The notes under the pieces are model-generated. The model did no database searches and was not told where the DNA came from. It saw only the letters and a list, made by a program, of their open reading frames with translations. From Lama glama (lineage: Eukaryota), in assembly GCA_028534125.1 (NCBI GenBank), contig CM052817.1, forward strand, positions 56,856,001-56,920,000: a stretch of 64,000 bases of DNA, in the 5' to 3' direction. The position numbers and the translations under genes were made by a program. Positions within the stretch are counted from its first letter, which is position 1, and each line of letters begins with the position of its first letter. Below, piece after piece: positions 25,881 to 39,480 of this stretch.

Positions 25881-26199
25881 ACAAAAGTTAATCACTGACC
25901 ACAAACTACTTCCTATAAATAAAGTAGTGAGTGATTTAGGGGAAAAAAAGAATACTTTCAAGAAACTGAAGAAAGAAAATACCACATATGATAGAGAACT
26001 GAGTAATCAAAAGCAATCAGATATGGAACCTTTGGCTCAGCTTGACTACTCAGGGCATAGGTTTTATTTATCCCCAGCTTTCTAATATATTTGTTTCTTC
26101 CAGTTTTCTAGTTAATACAAAGAAAGTAATTTATAACACAGCCCATGAATAAAGTATTTTCTAAATTATTTGCTTCATAATTTCCCTTTAATGAAAGCA

Positions 26200-26905
26200 A
26201 GTTCCCTTCTTAAATAGAAACTTGTATTTCCTATTTCATATTTTTTCTTATTAAGAGGAAGCTTATACTATTCTTTTCCCAAAGTACTGTATCTCCTAAG
26301 TATATACTGTTCAGAAGAAATGCCTGTTGCAAATATCCATCTCAGCGGGGTATAAAATTCTCAGAACAAAGTCACTTTTCTTCAAAACATTATTAACATA
26401 TTCTTACTTTCATATGACATTAGATGTTGCATTATTCCTTTTACTATGGCTTCTTCATCCATCTTTTGGTTGGCTAGATGTGTGTATGTGTAATTGGTTC
26501 AAAATAACCACCCATATTTTAGTTTTCCATTCTTTCAAGTTTGAGAAAGGCCTGCCCATTTTCTTTGATTTTTTTAAATGAAAATATGGATCTCACTTTC
26601 TTTACTATAGAATGAATAGATCACATGCTATCATCTCCTTGCATTGAATATTGCTGGAGAAATGTGATCAATGCCTTATTTCTCCTTTATAGTTGATTGG
26701 ATTTTTTCTACCTGGATACTAAGGGTTTTTTTTTCCTTGAAGTTCACTAACACATTTAGAATATGACTCAAATTAGGTTTGATTTTATTGGTTTTACTTT
26801 TATTTTATAACATGGAATATCCTTTTGATTGTCAGATTCATTTTATCCTTTATGTTAAGAAAAGTTTATTCAGTGATTTTCACTTCCATTTGTTGTGTTT
26901 CCTGC
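26200..26905 (-). mobile_element. Ancient HAL1/L1M ORF1-region fragment
   Basis: gggtataaaattct, ttgctggagaaatgtgat and tttttccttgaagttcactaa motifs typical of antisense old L1/HAL1 ORF1. Confidence 0.5.
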
Positions 26906-27360
26906 AAATTTGTAATGTTTAAAATTTAATAGGTGCAAACCTCTAAAGTTCGAAATCATAGACAAGGTGAAAACTATATAGAGATATGTATTTTAAAAGA
27001 CAGTAGGTGCTTAAATAAATACATCATATATTTTCCTCCTCCATTTTAGTTTTGAAATGCTTTTAATATAGTAATTCTATGCAGTTTTCACTAGTGCACC
27101 AACTTCAGTCTATGTGATTTTATAACTTTATAAATGCAAATTTGTGCAAACCTACTGAACTTTAAATATCATAAATTTTCAGGAAAAGCAACAAAGGAAG
27201 ATAAAATGTAATCACTGAATAAACTATTTCTAACACAAAAGATGAAATAAGTCTGCAAATCAAAAAGAGATTACATGTTTCAAATAAAAGTAAAACCAAC
27301 CAATCTAAATTGAGGAATATTCTAGTTGAGTTACTAAAATTCAAGGGAAAAAAAAACAAT
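26721..27360. repeat. Long imperfect inverted repeat (arms ~26721-27000 and ~27058-27360, ~57 bp spacer)
   Basis: Exact reverse-complement anchors 26788-26805 vs 27282-27299 (18 bp) and 26863-26878 vs 27210-27225 (16 bp); colinear similarity along both arms. Confidence 0.9.
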
Positions 27361-30300
27361 ACTAAGCACTTTCTTTCTTTACTGGTTTATTGTCAACCCT
27401 CTACCTTTGAAATATTTATGAATACAGATATTTCGTTTATTTTGTTCTCTACTGTAACCCTGTCCTAGACCAGTGCAAAGCCCATTGTGGTAAGAGTTTA
27501 AATGAAAAATACTTATGTTACCAGGTTGTTATATGAGATAATGTGTTATAAGATACAACATATTATGAGGACGAGAGAAGTTAATATTTGTTTTGCTTCT
27601 ATTAATGCTAATCATTTTACTTCTATGTTAACACATTTGATCATATAGAGTAAACACTGAGATTTCTGTTTTACAGTTGAGGAAACTGAAGTTTAGAAAA
27701 TTTAAGTAAGTTGCATAAAGTCACAGAGATAACAGCAGAAATGACAGAAAACCATGCTATGACTTAAAATCCATGATCCTTGCACTACACAATCTCTCTG
27801 AAACTATATAGCATATGGTTGATACTACTATCAATTTTTTTCTTTTTGTTATTATTTGCGTCCCATTTTCGGTAAAATTTTACATTTTCAAAGATTGTAT
27901 TTCCTCCTGACTGCTGTGTTTCAGATTCTAGGTTTTGCAAAAGGTAACACTGCATGAGGCTAATCACTAAAGGGCACTGATATGAAGATTATGTTTTCAT
28001 AAACTCAAATTAAATGAGAGAAGTATATGATAGAGTTCTTTAAATATTAATTGTATAGCTGTCCTCATTTTCCAAAATAGATATCCTTCAAGTACCTCTG
28101 CTTAAAAGTGACTAAAATTTTCAAGTCTACCTAGATGCTTTTTAAAGAGACATATAATAAATCTTTCACTAAGGGGAAGATTCCTTCTGCTTTTAATTAA
28201 TTATTCCTCCAATAATTAGCTTTGTAAGTTCATATTTATATAATTGGATTTAATTTGTTCAAATTATTCTACATCTAGTTAGTTTTTCTTCCTCTATTTT
28301 CATATGTTCTGATATTTTATCCTTCAAGGACTAGTTAAAATGGTTCTTCATAGCACTTCCTTCAGTCACTCAAGCCAGATGTAATTTTGCATTTTTTTCT
28401 AAATAACCTTAGTATTTTATCTGACCTATTTTGATTCTTATTATTTTCTACTTTGTATCCCTCCTATTTTAGTGCAAGCATTTAGAAAGCAAATAAAATA
28501 TATTTTACATTCTCATAAAATACCCCATGGAATCTTCAGTATGCTTTTAATACAGTAGTATCCAATAGGTGTCCAATAACTACTGATTGAATGCTCAAAT
28601 TGGTATTTATTAGAGTTGTAATATATGAAGCTAAAATATTGCTGAATACTTAAATGCTATATTAAATACTCTTTCAAAAGTATACTTTATAATTGCTATT
28701 CTAGTACTTGCTATTATATCAACAAATTTCCTTAATTTACTGAACATACTAGCATGACATTTTTATAAAGAGATGGGAGCATTTACTAAATATGTGTTCA
28801 TACATATTTGGGGGAAATATCTTTCTGAATACAGAGTATGTTTCATCAAAATTGCTAAATGCTAATATTCAACTATTCTTTTTTAATAATGAGTGGATAC
28901 TTACTTAACAGCTAGTTCAAGAGTAGTTGTATTAAATCCTAACGTAAATTAAATAGCTATTTCAGACACTCAAACGTGTTGCTGCTAAGTCTTTAATTAC
29001 TGTTGCTCTCATGCCTGGCCTTTCAAAAGTTCCTAGGGAAACAGATACTTAGATATCTGCTTCAAATTTTGTGTTAATTTTATTTAAATTTTTAATTAAA
29101 ATTTAATATTGGGGTAATTAAATGAATATAATTTACTGAATTCTATTGAGAGTTGCTTTCATGACTTGAGGACAATGTTGAATATGAATGTTCAGAATGC
29201 TTGTATAGAATAAAAGTTGCCAAAGAAATAAGGAAATTCTGATAGAGCCAAGTTCCGGACCTGGATTTTGGTGTATACGTTTTGCCAAAAATTGAATTAC
29301 CTCCAACATAGCTATGAACCTGGAACTTAGGGATATAACTTGTCTTCCAGTGAAAAATAAAATAAAATACGTAACAACCCCTGATTATCACTTCTGGCTG
29401 GAGGAGAAATACTTAGGCACATCTAATTTTTATAACACTTCCCTAGAATGTATAATTTACCATGAATTAGAATTTTTACTTTTAGCATACATATTCTTTT
29501 CTAATTTTTTCTTACATTTATCAAAATATTTTGTGCACTAATAAAATATTTTAAGTTAATATTAAACAACATGTACTTTCATACCTTAAACAAAGGCTTT
29601 ATTTGCATTCCTAACTGGTTTGACCACAACAAAAAAATGTCTTTCAAATCATTTTTGAATGGAGAAAGTTAATCTTGGCGGAACAAAATTACAGTCCTAA
29701 TATTCCAACTTATCACATACATTTACAGGGCTCTTTTATTTACAAAATAGAGTATCCCATTTCATTCTCAGCACAACCCAGTAAGAGTGCAGGGCATGTT
29801 TTACACATGAAGGTACTGAGGGTTGTAAAGGTAAAAACGAATTGCCCAAAATCATACCAAAAAATAATTCCAGAACCAGAGCTAAAAATTGGTTCTTCGG
29901 TCAGTGCTTTTTCTATTGCCTCCTCTTCCTATAAATAGAAGACTCAAGGAACAGTCATTGCAGGTAGGGTTTCAATTAATGAAAGTAAAGAGGTATTCAC
30001 AAAATAACTCAATAATTTTTCATATATTTATTGAGCGTTTGTAATGATTGTGATACTGTTTATGATGCTCTGAGAAACACAGAAATCACATTTTCATGTA
30101 CTTATGTATTTAATTATCTATTTATTCAATAAACATTTTTTAAACACATACTGTGTGTCAGGCACTGAGAAAAATACAGAAATGAGTAAAATACATCATC
30201 TACCTTCATGGAGATTATATTAGGGTTGTGATGTCAAACATAAAAAATAACTATAATGAATGTAGTGAGTGTCCCCAAATAGACATATTTATAAAGTCCT

Positions 30301-30706
30301 AGGATATCATAGTTGGAATAAAAATCTCTGCCTTAGAGTTCAGGAAATATTTCAATGTAAAAATGGCTTTTAGCTGCCAATTTTAGCCAAAAATACACTT
30401 AAATCTTTTATTATAAAAATTAAAGCTTATTAAAAAGAAAAAAATCATAGTAAACCCTAATAACATATGACTTGAAATACAGTGATATCTTTACTACCAA
30501 CAAGAAGCGTCTCCCATAACAAAATGCAATTAGAGAAGGTAAAAAATGTGAGATATACAGAAAGTGAAAAACAGAAGATGACAGTTAAATCATGGAAATA
30601 AAACACAGACAAACCAAATTACTGCTTATCCTAGTATTTTCTTGATTATTCTCTGTATACTCCCTACCCTACCTGGGACCTACTGCATTCCAAACAAATA
30701 ATACTT

Positions 30707-31230
30707 TGTGATAAGATATTCTCTGGCTATCAGTCCATTCCCCACAGTACTTAAGGCTATAGAGTACAGATGTGAAGCTTGCTGATGCAATCTGTTGAGA
30801 GTAGTTTGAATATTCTGCTAACACTGAAATGTTAAGTGGGTAACTAACTTTTAGCCTTATGTTTTAAAATAAACAATGAGTTTTATGAATGCTTGGCCAT
30901 CCTTGATTTGCTTTGATATGCTCCTGACTCTTGTCTACACTGATCTAGCGCTATAAAACTTCGTGCCTGGGACATCTTAAGGGAAAAGAACTTATATCAT
31001 TTGTTGGGATCATCGAAGCAGAGCTGAATCTACTCTAATTGGAGAGGAAAAGACAAAACAGTCTAAGAACTCATGGCTACTGAACAATGGTCGGTACCTA
31101 TAGGGACTCCTTCTTTACTCTCAGTTAAGTGCACTGGGAAAAGTGAGAATCCCTCAAGTCACCTCTTTGGTCCACTGATTTCTTCCTGACTAGGTCTTTG
31201 TACAAAAGGGAACAATATTAATGTTTGCTT
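30707..31230 (+). mobile_element. LTR81-like (Gypsy-derived) ancient LTR fragment
   Basis: Starts tgtgataagatattctct; contains ccccacagtacttaaggctat and gatgtgaagcttgctgatgcaatctgttgagag, as recalled for the LTR81 family. Confidence 0.5.
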
Positions 31231-31245
31231 AAATATCATACATAT

Positions 31246-32209
31246 ATTTTTATAATAGTCATCCTGACTGATACAAGGTGATATTTCATTGTGGTTTTTA
31301 TTTGCATTTCCCTGATGATTAATGAAGTTGAGCATTTTTTCATATACATGACAGCCATTTGTATGTCTTCTATTCAAGTTCTTAGCCCATTTTTTAACCA
31401 AGTTACTAGTTTTTGGTTTTTTGTCTTACTTTGTTTTTTGTATTTCTTACTATAGTGTTATAGGGATTTCTTGCATATTTTTGAGATTAGAAACAAAAGA
31501 CAAGTTTTGGTAAGGATGTAGAGAAACAGAAGCCCTTGCACACTGTTGGTGGGAATGCTAAATGGTGCAGCTGCTGTGGAAAACAGTGTGGAGGTTCCTC
31601 AAAATATTAAAAATGGAACAACCATATGATTTAGCAATTCCACTTCTGGGTATTTATCCAAAAGAACTGAAGTTGGGATCTCAAAGAGATATTAGCAATC
31701 CTATATTCATTGCAGCACCAAATATTGACTTTTGTAATAGTCAAAATGTGGAAACCACCTAGATGTTTATCAACAGAAGAATGGATAAAGAGAACATGGT
31801 ATGTACATATAACAGAATACTATTCATCCTTTAAAAAGAAGAGAATTTTGTGATATGTGACAACATGGATGAATCTTGAAGATATTATTCTAATAAGTAT
31901 GATAAGCCCATCACAGAAAGATAAATACCACATGATTCCACTAATATAAGCTTTCTAAGATAGTCAAATTCTCAAATTCATAGAATCAAAGAGTAGAATG
32001 GTGGTTGCCAGCATCTAGGGGACAAGGGGAGAAAATGGTGAGTTACTAATTAATGTGCACAAACTTTCAGTTAGGCAAGATGAATAGACTCTATAGATCT
32101 GCAGTGCAACAGTATACAAGTCAACAATAATGCATTATACACTTAAAAAATGTTAAGAGGGTAGATCTCATGTTAAATGTTCTTTCTACAGTAAAATAAA
32201 ATGAAATTA
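31246..32209 (+). mobile_element. L1MB-like 5'-truncated L1 with a twin-priming 5' inversion
   Basis: Inverted ORF2 piece ~31246-31490, forward piece ~31491-32209 with 3'UTR; degenerate TSD aaatatcatacatat (31231-31245) / aaatgtcaagcatat (32210-32224). Confidence 0.88.
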
Positions 32210-32504
32210 AAATGTCAAGCATATTTTACCCCACATAGGTAGGTATCTTTGTGAAAAGGTCCACTCATCAAAATGTAAAAGAACATGCCCTTCTAAGTTC
32301 ATCCCTGAAATTAAAAAATTACACCTTACTCAGATTAATACACTGAAAAAGAGTTCTTGGTTTAATACAGCACCACTAGATTACTTCATTGATCTTAACA
32401 TCAAGTCTGACCTCTTCTAATGCGTATATCAGAATAATATGAAATTTCTAACAGCAATACCATTTGTTACTCTTATTTTCCACTAAATTAACATATATAT
32501 TAAA

Positions 32505-33660
32505 AGATCATTTATTGATTGCCTTACAATGGCAACCATTGATCTAGGAGTGCTGGAGAATATAAGGATGGATAAGATAGAATCTAAGGACACAGTCTAG
32601 AGGAAGAAAGAAAATTTTGAACAAACACCTAAAAATGGAATCCCACTCATGCTATAATAGCACTGTGGGTAAATTGCTTCATGTATAAAAGAAAGGACAT
32701 GACTAGCTCTGCTCAAGTCAAGAAATGCTTCAGGAGGAAGTGATTTCAACCAGAGTCTGAAAGAACAGGAGTCTGCTAGGTGAAGAAGAAAAGGCTCTTC
32801 CCACACAAAAAGAACAACAGGTAGAGCCAAGTCATGGAGTGGAGGATTAACTGGAAGAATACTAAAGCTCCCCTTGACTTGTACATGGGGACACGGTGAG
32901 AGAGGAGACCGGAAGAGTCTTATTTAGAGTAAATAATGAAGAGCATAGTTTATCTTGCCAAAAACAAAGTCTGATCTTATCCAATTGATATGGAAAGGAT
33001 TTTTAATAATACAAAGGTATTGGAGAATGTAAGTACAGAGACAAGGCAACTGGTTAGAAGATTCCAGCAATGCTCAGTGGCCTCCAAAAGTTTTTGATCA
33101 TGCAATCTTATCAGTAAAAAATTGAGCCTGTACTCTCTACTACAGGCATATCTTATAACATATATTGACATATGTAAAGTACATGTTACAGAGTTCCCTT
33201 GGAAACTTAAAAGGATAAGAAAAATAAACAGAAATAGAAATTCTAAACTGTTTTCTCTGACTTTGAAGGAGCATCATCAAATGTGTGTGTATCCCTTTTC
33301 AGAGATTGCTGGACTAGATGATAGTTTCCAAGGACAAAGACAGCAGGAAAGGAGAAAAGAGAAGGGCAATGAAAATAACTTAGAAAGCATACTCGAAGAA
33401 GGTGGTAACTGGACACAGGGATACAAGAACGAGGAAAAATTGAGATTTTTTTGTTTGGATTGCAAGTTTTAACATGTTTTGGGAGAGGACAGATGAGAAG
33501 AGAGAAAAACTAATTTAGTTTGAACATGCTGGTATAAATGTCTTTTATATAAAGGTGTAGAGCTCAGAAGAGCTTGAGATACAATCATTGAGAGTCATAG
33601 GCATTAGTTGCTAACTGAGATTCTGGAAAGGATGAGATTGTCTAGAGGGGGATAGTAAAG
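32505..33660 (-). mobile_element. Decayed L2 LINE
   Basis: tcatttattgattgcc 3' end, caagaaatgcttcaggaggaagtga, tttagtttgaacatgctg and gagagtcataggcatt motifs. Confidence 0.55.
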
Positions 33661-36108
33661 AAAACAATGGTTAATAAGCATGTAGGGAGAAGGTTATACT
33701 CTGTTTTGAGAAGCCAAGGTAAGTTGGATCCTCTCTCCATAAAAACGCACAGCAAATATTTTCTAATTAATTTTAAGGAATTCCAAATCATAGAAAGCGA
33801 AGACAAGAGAACACTATTCAGGAAAAGGAATACACATACCCCAATATAATGCATCATGATATACAGGCTATGTATATGATGAAGTATATTTGAAGAAATC
33901 AATTTTATAGTCTTGTAAATTTAAGTTTATAGTCTTAAAAGTATAATTGCATAAATTTAGGCCTCAAAATACCAAGCAAAATCTAAAGCAAGCATAGTAA
34001 ATAGATCCTTTTAAACTCTAATTTCAAGCACAATGTAAACTGGGCAAACGTGAATTATTTTTTAGTGGGTAGAGTAACTCAAGCAGTGAAATGTGCCTTT
34101 GTCCAGCTTAGGAAAGGAAGCACACACACTTCTCTTTATTATTAAATTCCTTTTCCAAGATGGCTTGCATAAGGTAACAAAGACTTAGCCATAGTGAAAA
34201 CAGAAATAAGTATAATGTGCTATCTCTCCTATGAAGACAATACTCGGGCCCCACCATCGGTGGAACACGAACTTTTGAATTATTTCCCAGGGGTGGCAAA
34301 AGACTTGTGTTGATCCATCCAATTTCTGTATTTAGCAACATTCTGTTTAGAAAAGTTACCAATCCACATCTCTCCTCTTCAATTTGGAAATTCTCTGAGG
34401 CAACTGTGCAAAACTAAATCAAAAAAAAAAAAAAAAAAGGCCTATGTTACCTGAATCCACTGTACACTTTCAGTAACTTAACCAGCAGAAGAAAGAAAAT
34501 TAAATTCTCACTGAAACCTTAGTCTCTTATAAAATTAAATCAACACAATTGTTTTGCCCTATGGTTTCATCAAACTTGACTGTAATTAATACTTTGAAGT
34601 TGTATTTCAAAAGCTCACAGGAAACAAATAGGAACCAAAAACTTTCACCTTTTGTTTGCTTGGAGCATTGGCTGTGATTGATAATCTTTAGGTCTCTAAA
34701 AAAGAAAAAAAAAACTTACATAGATTTCTATCCCACAATAAACAAATAAATATCTACAGAGGACAGAAAGGGAAGAAGCCACTATCCTTCACAGAATATT
34801 TTTTTTTCTCGAAATTCCACCATGAATGGACAAAATCACCTTAGTAGTGTTCTTAATTTCTTGGATTTCATCAGCTTTCTATTACCTCCAAAAGCAAACA
34901 GCCCGACTAAGAGGCTCTGTCATTAGAAGTTGAGTTCTTATTGGGCTCATCCATGCGAATAATCAAAGGAATTGGAGGACTTCAATTCCAGTCAGCATCT
35001 TATGCCTGATTTTATTTAACTAGAGTTCCCTTGGCCTTAGTGTCCCTGAAAAGAGCACTTTTTTGTCCTTCACTTGAATGGACCAAATGTTTTAGATGTG
35101 TTCTTCCTGACACTTGGAGGCCTGAGCTAACAGCATTTGATAAAAGATGTCATTGATTTTCATTCTACTAAGTAATTTATTTGGGCTACCTTTTTTTTTT
35201 CCTATGGACTTCCACCAGTTGGGGAGTAAAGTTTAGTGGCCCCTCTTGCTCTCCACTTTGTGAAGCATGGCACACATAAATAATTCAACTGCATTTCACA
35301 GGGGAGGTCAGGAGGAGAAACAGTTCATGCAAAGGGAACCGTTGTGGAAATGGCTGCTGGGTTTTCCAGAAAGAGCTCAAATATAATAAGAATGTCTAGG
35401 TATTAGGACAAATGGACTGTGAGAAGAGGAGGAAAGAGGAACATAGCCTCTTAGGAGAAAAACATTTGGTTTGTTTCTAGAAGAAAATCATTGGCACTAA
35501 CTATCTTTTGGAATGCCTTATTTCTTACAGATAAAAGTACAACAAAGTGCTAAAATTTATTTCAATAATCAGGGGATTGTCAAACTTTTTCACTACCTGT
35601 CCATAAAAAGTACTGACCAATCAGAACATATATATAGTAACACCTATATATAATAATATAGCACTTTAAGATTCAACAGTTATTGAGCATCCAGTATTTA
35701 CCCACCTGTTCTAAGTGTGCTTATGTGCTTGAATTCAATTAATGAGGACTGCAATCTTTTGAAAAGTATTATTTTATTTTTGTTTTAATAAAAATAATAA
35801 TAGTGAAAGGAGTAAAATACCATACCGAGCTAGCTAGTAAGGGAGAGATTTTCAAGTCAAGCTCCTTAATGTGAAATTCAATGTCTTTTAACTCTCACTT
35901 TTTTCTCTCCTCCCTCTCCTCTGTCCTTACCTTCCTTCTTCCCTCTCTCCCTCTCTCTCTCTCACGAACACACAGGCACACACACATGTGCACATGTATA
36001 GAGAAGTTTCAAAGTCCTTTTCATATTAGCACCTGCTGCCTCTTATTCTGATGTTATTAAACAGTGTCATTTTCTAAAGTGCCTGGTGAACTGCTGTTTA
36101 CCAAACTT

Positions 36109-37233
36109 TTTTTGTGATGTATAATCTACAATTTATTTTTCTGTATTTTTTTAATTGAAGTATATAGTCAGTTTACAATGTTGTGTCAGTTTCTGGTGTA
36201 TGGCATAATGCTTCAGTCATACAAGAACATACAAATATTCGTTTTCATATTCTTTTTCACCATAAGTTACTATAAGATATTGAATATAGTTCCCTGTGCT
36301 ATACAGTATAATATATACTATATTACATATAACATATATATAATATATATTATATATTATAATATATATTAATTAGTATCTGCAAATCTCAGACTCCCAA
36401 TTTATCCTTTCCCAACCCTTTCTGCCTCTGGTAACCATAAGTTTGTTTTCTATGTCTATGAGTCTATGTCTGTGAGTCTGTGAGTCTGTTTCTGTTTTGT
36501 AAATAAGTTCATTATGTCTTTTTTTTCAGATTCTACATATAAGTGATATCATATGGTGTATTTCTTTCTCTTTCTGGTTTACTTCACTCATAATGACGAT
36601 CTCCAGGTCCATCTATGTTGCTGCAAATGGCATTATTTTATTCTTTTTTATGGCTGAGTAGTATTCCATTGTATAAATATACCACATCTTCTTTACCCAG
36701 CCATCTGTCGATGCACATTTAGGTTGTTTCCATGTTTTAGCTATTGTAAATAGTGCTGCTAGGGATTTTGGCATGCATGTATTTTTTTGAAGTAAGGTAC
36801 CCTCTGGATATATGCCTAGGAGTGGGATTGCTGATATGGTAAGTCCATTTTTAGCTTTTTGAGGAATCTCCATACTGTTTTCCATAATGGCTGCACCAAA
36901 CTACATTCCCACCAACAGTGTGGGAGGGTTCCCTTTTCTTCACAGCCTTTCTAGCATTTATCATTTGTGGACTTCTGAATGATGGCCATTCTGACTGGTG
37001 TGAGATTGCAGTTTTAACTGCATCTCTCTGATAATTAGTGATATTGAGCATTTTTTCATGTGCCTTTTGGCCATTTGTACGCCTTCATTGGAGAATTGTT
37101 TGTTTAGGTTTTCTGCCCATTTTTGGATAGAGTTGTTTGTTTCTTTCTTATTAAGTTGTATGAGCTGTATATATATTCTGGAAATTAAGCCCTTGTCAGT
37201 CTCATCATTTGCAAATATTTTCTCCCATTCCAT
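36109..37233 (-). mobile_element. 5'-truncated, relatively young L1 (1.1 kb 3' end) with extra 3' sequence
   Basis: Minus-strand ORF2 peptides [21 protein letters not shown] and KKMWYIYTMEYYSAIKKNKIMPFAAT; 14-bp TSD tgtttaccaaactt (36095-36108) / tgtttatcaaactt (37234-37247). Confidence 0.92.
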
Positions 37234-37753
37234 TGTTTATCAAACTTATGATATGAAAATTAAGACACTCTGTGCTTCAGATCAGTGCCACACAAAGTTA
37301 AATAGGAGTTCCACTGGCCTTGCTACCTGAGTTTCAGATAATTATTCAGTAATTCTGATCATTACACTGTTAATACCTAACCATTTCTGCCCCACGGTTA
37401 CCTGCCTCAGCCTGGCTTATTCAATCTTAGCTCCATTTTTTTGGTGGTGACCCTAATGTATATACCCCAATGTCATACTGAAGAAACTGCTTAAGTTCTC
37501 CATACACATTACAGAATTTGGAGTCTCCAAGCAATGCTTTTTCATTTCTTTTAGAAAGCATAAAGTCTCTGTGATAAGCATTTTAAAGGTATTTTCATAT
37601 TACTTATTGCCCCTTGTTTGTATGTAAGTATTTTCATTGAAAAATTGAAATAACCACAAGCATTGAGATCACAAAGTACCCATGCCCATGCAATGTGCTC
37701 TTGACTTAAATTCTCATTAAATACCCACAGAAATCCTTCAAGGAAGGTATCAT

Positions 37754-38122
37754 TGTCTTAGTTCACTTGGGCTACTGCAGTAGAATACTATGGACTGGGT
37801 GGCTTTGTAAACAACAGAAATTTATTTCTCATAATTTCAGAGGCTGGAAAGTCCAAAGTCAAGACACTGGCAGATTCAATGTCTGGTGATGTTCATTTCC
37901 TGGTTCATAGACAAACATCTTTCCACTGTCTTCACATGATGGAAACAGTGAGAGAGCTCTCAGGGTCTCTTTTGTAAGGACATTAATCCTATTCATGAGG
38001 GCTCCACCCTCATGACCCACCTCCTAATCACCATCACAGCTCTACCTCCTAATATCATCACATTGGGGGTTAGAATTTCAACATATGAAATTTGGGAGGA
38101 CACAAACATTCAGTTCATTGCA
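37754..38122 (-). mobile_element. MLT1A/MLT1A0 MaLR solo LTR inserted in a MIR
   Basis: tgtcttagttcacttgggctactg...aaacaacagaaatttatttctc...gagggctccaccctcatgacc...cacaaacattcagttcattgca; 5-bp TSD atcat/attat. Confidence 0.85.
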
Positions 38123-39019
38123 ATTATCATTCTCACTTTTATAGGTAAGAAAATAGACTTGAGAGGTTAAATAAATTAAGTAAGGAAGCTGTTAAGTAAA
38201 AGATCCAGGGTTGGAAAATAAATCTATCTGATTCTGAATTCTAGATTATTTCCTCAGTAAGGCCTTGACTTCACAAGCTTGTTGTATGTGATTTGCTTAT
38301 TAAAAGCATATAAGAGAAATTACCAATTGCATGACCAATATTAATGCAGCTACCAATTGCACAAACTTTGTTGAATGGGCTTTTCCCTAAGTCACTATTA
38401 TCAAAACATATCACTTAAAGAAATATTTACTGCTTCCACCTGGAAAACAAATTTTCAGCCTACATTTGTATAATTTTGGACATCATAACTGGAGAAAATT
38501 TGAAGTTCACAACATAAAAATTTCCTGCTAAATCACGTATATTCCATCTATAAAGAAAATGCAATGCACTGGTCAGCATAATATATTCTTTTATTTGTCT
38601 GCTTTCAGAAGTACAGCTTTAAAAGAACCTAGAGAATTCAGATCTGTGGATAAAATGTATAAGCAAAAATAAAATTACCTCTTTTATTTATAAAAAAATT
38701 AGACTTAGCATTTGGTCATTCCTCATGTTCATACTGGTATCAAGTACTAGTGTCAAACATACTATTATTAACTCCAGATATTTCTCTCTATACTGATAGT
38801 TACTGACAGTCACACCTCCATGAATAAGTATAGGAAATTTTCATTCAAGAGCATGTCAGTATGTCTGAGAGATCCATTATTTGAACAACAATGTTATACC
38901 ATCAGTCAGAATCCTTGGAGCAAATTTAGAGACCACTTAACTTGGTTTTTTGACAAGGCCAGAGGCCAGAGCTCTTCAAAAGGGCTTTACATAAAGATGT
39001 CAAGGACTAAACAATCATC

Positions 39020-39480
39020 GCTCCTTTTAAGCACTTATCATCTCAGCATTCTTCCGATGTGGGGAAACTTTACACTTTATAAGTCTTCATAGCAGGAGAA
39101 ATAGATCCCAGAAATGAGAAAATATAAGCATTCGCTTCCCAGGTTCCCTTGCATCTGGGATGTAAACATGGACCTGAACTCTGCCAATCACATGCATCCA
39201 TGTCAGGATTCAATTCAAAAGCTAGTCTCTCTAGTTGGCAGCACTAGAGTTACCAGGTTGAGAAGTTGGCAGAGTACAAACTGTCGCAACTGGCATTCAA
39301 TGAAGGCAGCAACAGTTTCATCATCAGGCCAGTGCTGAAGTGTGGCTTGGGTGTAAGTTGTACTTTTAAGCACTTAGGCTAGGCCTCCTGTCTCCCAACT
39401 GTACTGAGACCTCTCTCATCCCTCTAATAAAATTTTATCTTGATAAAATTAGTTGGAGTTACTGCTTACCGCTGAAAAAC
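39020..39480 (+). mobile_element. LTR33-like ERVL LTR
   Basis: ttcccaggttcccttgcatctggg...catggacctgaactctgccaatcacatgca; ctaataaaatt poly(A) signal near the end. Confidence 0.5.

Noticed and set aside
33122..33472. 116-aa plus-strand ORF
   Set aside because: Lies within decayed L2 sequence and has no protein-like features.
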